The position numbers and the translations under genes were made by a program. DNA of 64,000 bases, taken from IMG/VR virus record IMGVR_UViG_3300012665_000925, positions 32,001 through 96,000 of that record; one strand, given 5' to 3'. Shown here in pieces: positions 56,285 through 64,000 of this stretch (its first letter is position 1; every line of letters starts with the position of its first letter). Under the pieces are notes generated by a model, which made no database searches, was not told the origin of the DNA, and saw only the letters and a program-made list of their open reading frames with translations. This DNA comes from a virus.

Positions 56285-56387
56285 CAATGAAGTAGTGTAG
56301 CCTCAACCAACTCGACTACTTCATAGCGAGACCCTTTTGGTAGCCAGAGATGTTGGTATCGACTGGGGAGCATCGGGTCTTGCGAAT

Positions 56388-56473
56388 GGAAGCGTGGCCG
56401 AGTGGCCGAAGGCGGTAGTCTTGAAAACTACTGACGTTAATAGCGTCCGCGAGTTCGAATCTCGCCGCTTCCT
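56388..56473 (+). tRNA. tRNA-Ser(TGA)
   Basis: GGAAGCG/CGCTTCC acceptor stem, loop CTTGAAA, long variable arm, GTTCGAATC. Confidence 0.92.
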
Positions 56474-56511
56474 CTGTTGACAGAAATCGTCGCCGCAAGT
56501 ATGGTTAGTGT

Positions 56512-56667
56512 ATGACTAATAAAGAAAAAGACGCAGAGTACGAACGTATCATCCGTGAGATTAAGTTTGCTAAGCATCAGCAAAAGAAGCGTCTCTATGA
56601 GCAAGCAACTAGACAGCGTAGAGCTGAATTGAAAATCGTCGCTGCCAGTAAGGAACAAAGCAAGTGA
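56512..56667 (+). CDS. small basic protein (51 aa), leaderless
   Basis: TTGACA(56477)-N17-TATGGT-N6-ATG. MTNKEKDAEYERIIREIKF... Confidence 0.6.
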   Translation: MTNKEKDAEYERIIREIKFAKHQQKKRLYEQATRQRRAELKIVAASKEQSK

Positions 56668-57077
56668 GCGGATATCAACCAGACTTTGACCACGACCTAG
56701 AGCGCGGGAAGGTTGGGGAAAGCCTGCTTGGGACGTTTCTTGGGGACTTGGCTGACGGGGGTAAGTTTGAAGTAAAGACTGACTACCTTGCTCAGAAGTA
56801 CGGGAACTTCTACATCGAGTGCCAACAATTCAACTGGTCGGATGAGTCAGACCTTCGGGACTCGGGAATCAGAACAACTAAGTCTGAGTGGTGGGTATGC
56901 GCCAGTCCAAACGGTAGTGGGATGCTTGTCATCCGTACTTCGGATTTGAGAGACCTTATTGAGGAAACTAAGCCTCCTCTTGGTAAGCAAGGAGTTACTA
57001 ACGACTTCACTAATGGGAGTTATGGCTACAAAGTCAAAGTAGATGATGTACTTCGTAAACTTAGTATGAAGAGTTAG
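56664..57077 (+). CDS. PD-(D/E)XK-like hypothetical protein
   Basis: FEVKTD...GNFYIE...SGI.TTKS.WW. Confidence 0.55.
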   Translation: MSGYQPDFDHDLERGKVGESLLGTFLGDLADGGKFEVKTDYLAQKYGNFYIECQQFNWSDESDLRDSGIRTTKSEWWVCASPNGSGMLVIRTSDLRDLIEETKPPLGKQGVTNDFTNGSYGYKVKVDDVLRKLSMKS

Positions 57078-57095
57078 TCTGGTAGAATGTTCTTT

Positions 57096-57455
57096 ATGAG
57101 TGAGCAGTTCTTTGAGAGACCCTGGGGTGGGTACATGATTCTGAACGAGAGTTCGGATGGTGGAGTAGTGAAGTTGCTAAAGGTGAAGCCTGGTGCGCAA
57201 CTGTCGCTGCAAAAGCACGCGTTGAGGTCCGAGAAGTGGTTTGCTATGACTGATGGGCTGTTGGCTCAGGTAAACGGTGAAACCATTGAGATGTACCAAA
57301 CCGTTTCCGTCGACGTCCCTATTGGTGTAATCCACAGACTTATCAATCCAACCGCAGAGGTTGGCTATGTTGTTGAAGTAATCGCTGGTAAGTACGATGA
57401 AGAAGACATCGTTCGACTAGAGGATGATTATGGTCGGGTGGACGCAAGTGAGTAA
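57096..57455 (+). CDS. mannose-6-phosphate isomerase type II-like cupin
   Basis: ERPWG, LSLQKH..RSEKW, HRL.N, EEDIVRLEDDYGR. Confidence 0.85.
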   Translation: MSEQFFERPWGGYMILNESSDGGVVKLLKVKPGAQLSLQKHALRSEKWFAMTDGLLAQVNGETIEMYQTVSVDVPIGVIHRLINPTAEVGYVVEVIAGKYDEEDIVRLEDDYGRVDASE

Positions 57456-57578
57456 AGAACCCTACTGCCCTGCCTGTGGGTTCAAGATGCTCTACATGTT
57501 TGACAATGCCAACGGTTCTGTCTACCACTGCCTCGGTTGTGGCGGAGATGAAGTTGTTGCTAAGAAAGAGAAGAAATA

Positions 57579-57812
57579 GTGTCTGAGCTAGAGGATATGA
57601 AGATGACCAGAATACTTATCGGTGAGTTCATTGAGGGATTCAAGCATGGTGAGCAGGCGCTCGCCGAAAAGATTAAAGAGTGGATTGAAGCTAATCGCAC
57701 CTACATGGAGATTGAAGCTGGGATTGGTATCTACAGAGACCACTTCACATCAGAAGATTTGATTAAGTTCATCGATAGCGGAGAGTGGAGTGCTGTTGAT
57801 GAGAAGTTTTAA
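57579..57812 (+). CDS. hypothetical protein
   Basis: 77 aa ORF in the co-oriented cluster. Confidence 0.5.
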   Translation: MSELEDMKMTRILIGEFIEGFKHGEQALAEKIKEWIEANRTYMEIEAGIGIYRDHFTSEDLIKFIDSGEWSAVDEKF

Positions 57813-57957
57813 AGAACCTAACTACACTGGCCCCGAATGCAAATGCTGCAAGACTGATATCGAGAAGGTATTAGAGAAGCTGGCTGAAGAACAAAAACGA
57901 ACTAAGCTCGGCTTTATTCAGTACCAGCGAATTGAAGAGTTGCTCAAGGAGCTTTAA

Positions 57958-58665
57958 TTGAAGGTCGGAATTGTTCTTCCTTGGAGAGATACTCCAGAAA
58001 GAATTGAAGGTTTTGAGGCAGCCCTTAGGTGGCACACTGAGATATTCCCTGACTTTACTTTCTATAAGAGTGACAGCGTTGGTGAGAAGTTCAACCCATC
58101 TGAAGCACGCAACCGTGGATGCCTAGAAGCAATCGCTGATGGCTGTGATGTTCTAGTAGTTCTAGATGCTGACACCCTTTTCCATCGCCTAGGGATTATC
58201 GAAGCCATTCAGGCTGCAATTAGAACTGGGTTTGTCTGCTACCCCTACACATATGTAGTTGACCTGTCTCTCGATGAGACTGTTCAGTATCTAAGTGGCA
58301 GAATAAATCTAGAGCTGTTTACAGAAAGAAATGGTGGCCCTGGAACAGGATTAGCTAATCATGTTGGCAGTGGTTGGGTTATGACTAGTGAGACCTTTAA
58401 ACGGCTAAACGGTTGGGACGAGAACTTCAAAGGTTGGGGCTATGAGGACAATGCTTTCCAAGAGGCTCATCTTAAAATGCTCGGCGCACCTATGGTTAGA
58501 GCCTTCGGAAGATGCTATAGACTAAACCATGAGGGACGAGACTTGGGGTCTATTGATGCGAACCGTATCAGGTTTTCATTGTATTCGGCGTCAACAGAAG
58601 ATAGTATTGAAGAGTTGGTTTCAACAAACCTAGTGCATCAGAAAGAAGTACAGAATGAAGATTAA
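57958..58665 (+). CDS. glycosyltransferase (GT2/GT7-like)
   Basis: VLPWR, ARNRG, LDAD, NGWDENFKGWGYED. Confidence 0.85.
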   Translation: MKVGIVLPWRDTPERIEGFEAALRWHTEIFPDFTFYKSDSVGEKFNPSEARNRGCLEAIADGCDVLVVLDADTLFHRLGIIEAIQAAIRTGFVCYPYTYVVDLSLDETVQYLSGRINLELFTERNGGPGTGLANHVGSGWVMTSETFKRLNGWDENFKGWGYEDNAFQEAHLKMLGAPMVRAFGRCYRLNHEGRDLGSIDANRIRFSLYSASTEDSIEELVSTNLVHQKEVQNED

Positions 58666-59353
58666 ATATCGCAGTGACGTGACTGTAGAACTAATCCAGT
58701 CAATGGCGTCAGACTCGGCAGTCGCGATGGCTGCTCGTGTAAGCACTGGCGCATCCAATAGCGTAGACGCCAGTAAGGATGCTGGCCTAATCAACTACCT
58801 AATGCGAGACAGACATGGTTCTCCATTTGAGCACAACGCATTTACCTTTTACATCGAGGCTCCTATCTTTGTGTTCCGCGAGTTCATGCGTCACCGAATC
58901 GCTTCTTACAACGAAGAGTCAGGTCGATACAAGCAGTTAGACCCTGTGTTCTATGTTCCAGACGAGAACCGTAAGCTAATCCAAACTGGTAAGCCAGGCG
59001 CTTATGTGTTCGTAGAGGGAAAGCCAAAGCAACTAAAGACTGTAATCAAGTCAACTCACAAAGCAAACGAGCTAGCCTACGAGCAGTATGAGAAGATGCT
59101 AGACGCAGGTATTGCTAGAGAAGTTGCTCGTGGAGTTCTTCCTGTGAACCTGTACTCATCTATGTATGTGACCATGAACGCTCGTGCCCTGATGAACTTC
59201 TTGTCTTTGCGCACTGCTCGCGATGGAACGCACTTCCCTAGTTTCCCTCAGCGGGAGATTGAGATGGTTGCTGAGAAGATGGAAGAGTTCTTCGCCGCAG
59301 CTATGCCAGTAACTTATGAGACCTTCAACAAGAATGGAAGAGTCGCCCCCTAA
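58655..59353 (+). CDS. thyX: FAD-dependent thymidylate synthase
   Basis: AARVS, HGSPFEH, RHRIASYNEESGRY, REVAR.VLP. Confidence 0.95.
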   Translation: MKIKYRSDVTVELIQSMASDSAVAMAARVSTGASNSVDASKDAGLINYLMRDRHGSPFEHNAFTFYIEAPIFVFREFMRHRIASYNEESGRYKQLDPVFYVPDENRKLIQTGKPGAYVFVEGKPKQLKTVIKSTHKANELAYEQYEKMLDAGIAREVARGVLPVNLYSSMYVTMNARALMNFLSLRTARDGTHFPSFPQREIEMVAEKMEEFFAAAMPVTYETFNKNGRVAP

Positions 59354-59381
59354 TGAATAGCTATAAGAAGGATGAAACAAA

Positions 59382-59585
59382 ATGAGTGAAGAATACGATG
59401 CAGGTGTAGTCGCTGGTAAAGCAGCGGAACGCAAGGCAATCATTGAAGCAATCATGGCTAACCCAGGGTTGATTGCTGAGTGCACTTTTGTGAACGATGC
59501 TAGCAACACTATTTTCATGCCAGCAAAGTTTATTGCAAAGCTCGATGGCACTTGGGTCGACCCTGTAGTTCCTGAAGAGGAGTAA
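59382..59585 (+). CDS. hypothetical protein
   Basis: 67 aa, RBS AAGGA. Confidence 0.55.
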   Translation: MSEEYDAGVVAGKAAERKAIIEAIMANPGLIAECTFVNDASNTIFMPAKFIAKLDGTWVDPVVPEEE

Positions 59586-59592
59586 CTTCCTA

Positions 59593-59823
59593 ATGGATAG
59601 TTATGGCGTAATCCCAATCGGGGACTATCTTTTGTCGGTACCTGGGGGAATCCTCTACACAATCGGTATCTTCCTAAGCCTAACCCTTGCTCGTGGTATC
59701 GCAGAGAATAGCCAAGCGGAACACTTTAGACTGACTAAGTTCGTTGTGTATGGTCTGCTACTTAGTTTTCTAACAACAGCACTTTGGTTTCAGTTAGGAG
59801 TTTGGTTCTATGTCAAAGCGTGA
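59593..59823 (+). CDS. membrane protein
   Basis: Two TM segments. Confidence 0.5.
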   Translation: MDSYGVIPIGDYLLSVPGGILYTIGIFLSLTLARGIAENSQAEHFRLTKFVVYGLLLSFLTTALWFQLGVWFYVKA

Positions 59824-59992
59824 TTTCTTTGGGGCAGTACTTATCTATATGCTGTCTGCTTCAATCGTCATTACGTCAGCGTCCCTATTGTTTAACAACA
59901 TCTGGGTCTTCTATGTAGGTGAACTAGTTGCTATCCCTGTCTCACTTTTGATTGCTGGGGCAACTTTTAATAGCCACACCAAAGATGATTAG
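59810..59992 (+). CDS. membrane protein
   Basis: Two TM segments. Confidence 0.5.
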   Translation: MSKRDFFGAVLIYMLSASIVITSASLLFNNIWVFYVGELVAIPVSLLIAGATFNSHTKDD

Positions 59993-60045
59993 GTAGTTTT
60001 ACTTGAAATACGCTAGACTATTTAAAACACAGAAGAGAGACAAAG

Positions 60046-60315
60046 ATGCGTGAACGACAGATTCGCAAGTTGCAGAAGAACCGCCACTTAGCTGAGATTG
60101 GTTTCACCCTTCTTCAGAACCCTACCTTCAAGAACCTAAGCCGTGCAGACCGCTACAAGATGGCAAAGTTAATCTACAAGGCTGAACTGATTGAAGTAGA
60201 GATTAAGTCCAAGGACCTAAGCAAGACTCTCAACGCATTCCAAGACATGATTCAAAACATCACAAGTCAGATGGTCGATGACGATGATGATGATGACGAG
60301 AACCCCTTCAAATAA
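60046..60315 (+). CDS. hypothetical protein with acidic tail
   Basis: 89 aa ending DDDDDDDENPFK. Confidence 0.6.
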   Translation: MRERQIRKLQKNRHLAEIGFTLLQNPTFKNLSRADRYKMAKLIYKAELIEVEIKSKDLSKTLNAFQDMIQNITSQMVDDDDDDDENPFK

Positions 60316-60385
60316 CATTTGTAATTTGCGGGTATAACGCCAGCTCGGAGTAGACTAGAACCTTCAAGTGCCCTATAATAAGTAG

Positions 60386-60468
60386 TGGATAGATAAGTGT
60401 TCATATTATTTATTCTCCTTTCTACTGGTGGGAAAGCCCTCGGACTTCGGTTCGGGGGTTTTCTTTTA
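60386..60468 (+). ncRNA. candidate small RNA with anti-SD/anti-start segment
   Basis: TAGACT(60351)-N17-TATAAT(60374). Contains CATATTATTTATTCTCCTTTCTA. Ends at an intrinsic terminator. Confidence 0.55.
60433..60467 (+). terminator. intrinsic terminator
   Basis: AAAGCCCTCGGAC-TTCG-GTTCGGGGGTTT-TCTTTT. Confidence 0.85.
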
Positions 60469-60510
60469 TTTGGACTTGACAAGATTGAAAGATAGCAGTA
60501 GATTGTCTAC

Positions 60511-60987
60511 ATGCAAACATTTCTACCATTCATCGAGTTCAGCGAATCAGCTAAGGCACTGGACAACAAACGACTAAACAAGCAGATTCTTGAGGGTTAC
60601 CAGATTCTCAATGTTCTGAGCAATGACGACCCCCACGCTGGTTGGCGCAATCATCCTGCAGTAAAAATGTGGAGAGGTCACGAAGACGCTCTCTGGGATT
60701 ACATCTTCGCCTGTGTGCGTGAGGCTGACGAGCGTGGCATCAAGACAGATAAGAATGTCGAGAACCTGATGAACCTACGCAAACGCGCAGAGTACAACTG
60801 GGGTGGCGGAATGCCTGAGTGGATGTCGAAGCAAGAAGTGCTTAACCGCTTAGTAACTACGCACAGAGCCAATCTCTACCGCAAAGACCCTGTCTACTAC
60901 TTCGACTTTGTCAGTTCTGTTACTAGCGAGTGGAACGAACCTTGCTGTGAGAAGTGCAACTACTACTGGGTAACGCACAAAGCTTAG
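60511..60987 (+). CDS. pyrimidine dimer DNA glycosylase-like (MSMEG_6728 family)
   Basis: MQTFLP, LDNKRLNKQILE, HPAVKMWRG, HRANL.RKDP.YY. Leaderless TTGACA-N17-TAGATT. Confidence 0.85.
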   Translation: MQTFLPFIEFSESAKALDNKRLNKQILEGYQILNVLSNDDPHAGWRNHPAVKMWRGHEDALWDYIFACVREADERGIKTDKNVENLMNLRKRAEYNWGGGMPEWMSKQEVLNRLVTTHRANLYRKDPVYYFDFVSSVTSEWNEPCCEKCNYYWVTHKA

Positions 60988-61093
60988 GGTAAAAGAAATC
61001 CCCCCGACCTGATATGTTGGTGGGGGGAGTTCTATCTAGGGGTTTTGATTACACGCTATATGACTTATATAAGTGAGCGTCTTTATACCTTGT

Positions 61094-61948
61094 CTAGTCT
61101 AGGAGAGCCCAAGTCTTTGGACCCACGATACCGTCTACAAGCAAACCGTGCTTCTTCTGAACAGCCTTTACAGCCTTGTCAGTTCCTGCTTCGAAGTTAC
61201 CTGTGACAACAATCTTTAGCTGCTGCTGGATGAATTTAACTTCTTCACCCTTTGAACCAATCTTTAGGTAGTGACCTGGGTAGCCTGGGTTAGCAATCTT
61301 GGCAACTGCAACTACTGGCTTCTTAACTTCAGCTACTTCTGGCTTTACAACCTTTGCTTCTTTTGGAACAGCAACAGTTGGGATTTCAGCGACAGAGTGA
61401 GATGGTGCAACAGTTACAGTTGCAGTCTCAGGAGTCTCCTTGTGAGCATTGATGTTTGCCTTCTCGAAAGCCATAACAGCCTTGCAGAACTCCATTGGGT
61501 CGTAGTAACCCTTACCATTGTGGAAGCCTGCCATTGGCTGAGCCTTGATGTGACCTGCCCAGATTTCCCAGTGGAGGTGCTTGCCAGTTGCGAAACCAGT
61601 CTCGCCCATCTTGCCAACGATTGTGCCAGCTTCAATCTTCTGACCAACCTTGACCTTGATTGAACCCTTGACCATGTGGAAGTAAGTCCAAGTGACCTTC
61701 TTACCCATAACGGTTGACTGAACGATTACTGAGTGACCACCAGAAGTTGGTGAGTCGTTAGGCTTAACAGCAATAACCTTGCCATCTGCCCATGCTTCTA
61801 GATAAGTAGTTGCGCCACCCTGCCAGATGTCAACACCATTGTGGTGCTTCTTTGCCTTCTTGATTGGGTGCATACGCCAGCCAAATGGGCTGGTTACTTT
61901 CCACGATTTGTGAGGTGTGCCATCTACTGGCCACTGTGATTTTGCCAT
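61094..61948 (-). CDS. endolysin: M23 peptidase plus peptidoglycan-binding domain
   Basis: TSPFGWR.HP, HNGVD, YFHM, TGKHLHWE, C-terminal DGIVGPKTW. Confidence 0.9.
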   Translation of the reverse strand: MAKSQWPVDGTPHKSWKVTSPFGWRMHPIKKAKKHHNGVDIWQGGATTYLEAWADGKVIAVKPNDSPTSGGHSVIVQSTVMGKKVTWTYFHMVKGSIKVKVGQKIEAGTIVGKMGETGFATGKHLHWEIWAGHIKAQPMAGFHNGKGYYDPMEFCKAVMAFEKANINAHKETPETATVTVAPSHSVAEIPTVAVPKEAKVVKPEVAEVKKPVVAVAKIANPGYPGHYLKIGSKGEEVKFIQQQLKIVVTGNFEAGTDKAVKAVQKKHGLLVDGIVGPKTWALLD

Positions 61949-62014
61949 CTTGTTTTCCTTAAGGTTTGTAGTTTGAGAAGGGAGCGACCCTTACCTTCTA
62001 ATTTTACCTCTTGG

Positions 62015-62239
62015 CTACTTAACTGATTTCTTCCGAGGAGCTGGCTTCTTCTTTGGCTCTTCTGGCTTTTCGTAGCGAAGCGGGAAGGTTAGTACCCAGA
62101 TTGCTAGGGTCGCCATGATGAGCGTACCTGTCAGGTCTTTGGCAGAGCCCTCAAGTACGAGCCATGCAACAGCCATACCTAGTAGTGTCCATGCTTGGTC
62201 AATGATGTCTTTTAGCAGACCTTTTAAAAAGTTCTTCAT
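62015..62239 (-). CDS. holin-like membrane protein
   Basis: Two TM segments and a basic tail. Directly upstream of the endolysin. Confidence 0.55.
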   Translation of the reverse strand: MKNFLKGLLKDIIDQAWTLLGMAVAWLVLEGSAKDLTGTLIMATLAIWVLTFPLRYEKPEEPKKKPAPRKKSVK

Positions 62240-62655
62240 TACTTTTCTTCTTTCTGAGCTTCTGCTCGTTTGGCTTTGAGTTCTTCAAAGTTCTTTATTT
62301 TGGTGTCGCCCATGTATCCCCAGGCGTATCCACCTGCGATAAGTGCGTGGTTTACTGATTCGCCATCGTTGTCTAGATACAACCAACCAAGGACTCGGCC
62401 ATACTTCTCTGATGAGTCTGGCTTCTCGGTTCTTATTACGATGCTGGTTGCAGCCTTCAGCTTCTTCTTAAGAAGTTCTTTGACTTCGAGCCCTAGAACT
62501 TTCTCTTCCTTGTTTGTTGTGCGAGACTCTGGGGTGTCGATACCAGCAAGACGAACTCGCTTAGTGATTGAGATATCGAAGCCTAAGTCAATCTCAACGT
62601 CGATGGTGTCTCCGTCGATGACTGCTATGAGTGTCTTTACTCTGTATTCGTACAT
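62239..62655 (-). CDS. thermonuclease (SNase-like)
   Basis: IDGDT, RVRLAGIDTPE, KYGRVLG. Confidence 0.88.
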   Translation of the reverse strand: MYEYRVKTLIAVIDGDTIDVEIDLGFDISITKRVRLAGIDTPESRTTNKEEKVLGLEVKELLKKKLKAATSIVIRTEKPDSSEKYGRVLGWLYLDNDGESVNHALIAGGYAWGYMGDTKIKNFEELKAKRAEAQKEEK

Positions 62656-62657
62656 GA

Positions 62658-63998
62658 TTACTTTCCTATTCTTCTTGAACCGCCAGAGCTACTTGCTCCA
62701 GCTGAGGCTGTACTTGCAGCGGCTGCTGCACTTTGAATGGCTGCTCCAGCGGCAACAACCGCTGTAACAACTACCTTCTCTGACTCTTCACGAACCTTTG
62801 GGGACATGTCAGCACCAGCGTTACCAATGAAGTTCAGGGCTTCTACTGCTCCAGCAAGACCAGGGATGGCTGCAAGTTCTGGGCTTAGTTCGATGTCGTC
62901 TTGCTCCGCAGCAAGGTAGAGTGCGTCCAACGCTTGCTCGTACTCGGCGGAACCCTGCTCGGCAGTTTCGAATGTTTCGAGAGCGGCTTCAACAAGTTGC
63001 TCTGCTTGAGCCTCGGTAAGTTCAGTTGGGTCAACAGCATCAAGGTTTACTTCCATAAGGTTCTCGGCAGATAGTTCTGCTGGGATTTCCTTAGAGCCTT
63101 CTTCTTCTACAACTGGCGGCTCTTCTTCAATCAGGGTGGAGACTTCTTGAATCTCGTTCTCGGTTGGTAGTTGAGTCGAAGTCGTCTTGGCTGTGATAAC
63201 AGATGACTGATAAGAAGTTACAGCTTCAGTGTGAGCTACTTCCGCTTCAGTGAAAGTACTAGTAGCAGAAAGTGAGGCAGCTTCGGCAGTTTGAAGTTGA
63301 GTGGTGGTAGTGGTAACTGTCTCCGCTACACTGGCTGCAGTTGTGTCCGCTATTACGAAGTTGTCGTCGGCAGCTACCTTCTTAGTCTCTACTTCAGTCT
63401 TGATAGTAGAGGCAGCAACTAACTGGTCAGATGCAGAGTCATACTCAGATTGGGCCACGTCGACGTCAGTAGTTGCAGTAGTTAGTTCTGAGTTGGCAGT
63501 TAGGTAGTCAGAGTTAGCAGAGGATTGGTCATTTTTGGAAACAGTAAGACTTTCCTCCACTAATGAGAAGTTGTCGGATTTAGTTTGGAATACTTCTTCG
63601 GCGTTGTCAAGTATGGTCTTGAGTGCTGGGTCGTGAATTAATGGGGCAGTTGGTTGACCTTCGTATGTGAGAGTTCCAGTGATGTGCTTGTACCAACCGC
63701 CACAAGGGTCACCCCATACAGAGTTGAGTGCTCGGATGGTGATTGTAGAAAGCCCATCTAGTTGTGGGGTAATGTTCTTTCCACAAGTTGGGCGGTCGAT
63801 TGCTTCGTATCGCAAGTTACTATAAGTGAAAGTCGCACCTGCTGGGGCTGTGAAAGTTGCCTGTCCGCCTTCGTTAATCTTTACATTAAGGGTCCCCTCG
63901 GTTCTTACTAGCTCCGTGGTGTAGTAAGTCTCCGTGGTGTAATAGATTTCTTCTTCGTAAGTGATGACTTCTTCGTAAGTTGTTTCAGTGGTTGGTTG
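62658..63998 (-). CDS. large acidic coiled-coil protein with lectin-like domain (5' truncated)
   Basis: Frame is open to the window end. NSVWGDPCGGWYKH motif, coiled-coil, C-terminal GADMSPKVREESEKVVV. Confidence 0.7.
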   Translation of the reverse strand, partial: QPTTETTYEEVITYEEEIYYTTETYYTTELVRTEGTLNVKINEGGQATFTAPAGATFTYSNLRYEAIDRPTCGKNITPQLDGLSTITIRALNSVWGDPCGGWYKHITGTLTYEGQPTAPLIHDPALKTILDNAEEVFQTKSDNFSLVEESLTVSKNDQSSANSDYLTANSELTTATTDVDVAQSEYDSASDQLVAASTIKTEVETKKVAADDNFVIADTTAASVAETVTTTTTQLQTAEAASLSATSTFTEAEVAHTEAVTSYQSSVITAKTTSTQLPTENEIQEVSTLIEEEPPVVEEEGSKEIPAELSAENLMEVNLDAVDPTELTEAQAEQLVEAALETFETAEQGSAEYEQALDALYLAAEQDDIELSPELAAIPGLAGAVEALNFIGNAGADMSPKVREESEKVVVTAVVAAGAAIQSAAAAASTASAGASSSGGSRRIGK

Positions 63999-64000
63999 AC

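Noticed and set aside
56285-56387. Theta/HDV-like ribozyme or degenerate tRNA after tRNA-Thr
   Set aside because: I could not build the nested double pseudoknot, and there is no T-loop or anticodon arm.
60267-60482. Minus-strand 71-aa (or 45-aa) ORF
   Set aside because: It crosses a terminator and promoter and ends in a Ser run mirroring the Asp run of the plus-strand gene. Kept only as the alternative explanation for the sRNA finding.

Overview
This window is 64 kb of a tailed dsDNA phage genome (siphovirus-like). The host is probably an actinobacterium of moderate GC. Support: two WhiB genes, DUF3039, FmdB, NrdH, many leaderless sigma-A promoters and a tmRNA tag ending FALAA. A freshwater Microbacteriaceae host is an inference. 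Layout: (1) 1-18.9 kb, + strand virion operon with hexamer and pentamer capsid proteins, tail tube, a frameshifted tail chaperone, tape measure and tail tip proteins. (2) 19-32.4 kb, - strand replication operon (WhiB, GT-B-like protein, SSB, Sak4, Cas4-like nuclease, SNF2, RuvC, PolA, dCMP deaminase, cytidylyltransferase, metallophosphoesterase). (3) Primase-helicase, GT2, serine recombinase and a DUF4406-dNMP kinase fusion. (4) 38.9-46.4 kb, a second, inverted fibre/collagen cassette. (5) 46.5-61 kb accessory region with a cobalamin module (NrdJ, PduO, DUF4430-like protein, NrdH), sugar enzymes, tmRNA, three tRNAs, ThyX and a pyrimidine-dimer glycosylase. (6) Endolysin, holin-like protein, nuclease and a truncated lectin-domain protein. 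The best leads are a set of unannotated non-coding transcription units (a ~260-nt structured RNA after tmRNA and an ~80-nt RNA carrying an anti-Shine-Dalgarno/anti-AUG segment), the B12 module, and apparent GATC/CCGG avoidance. All calls come from manual motif reading; no database searches were run.
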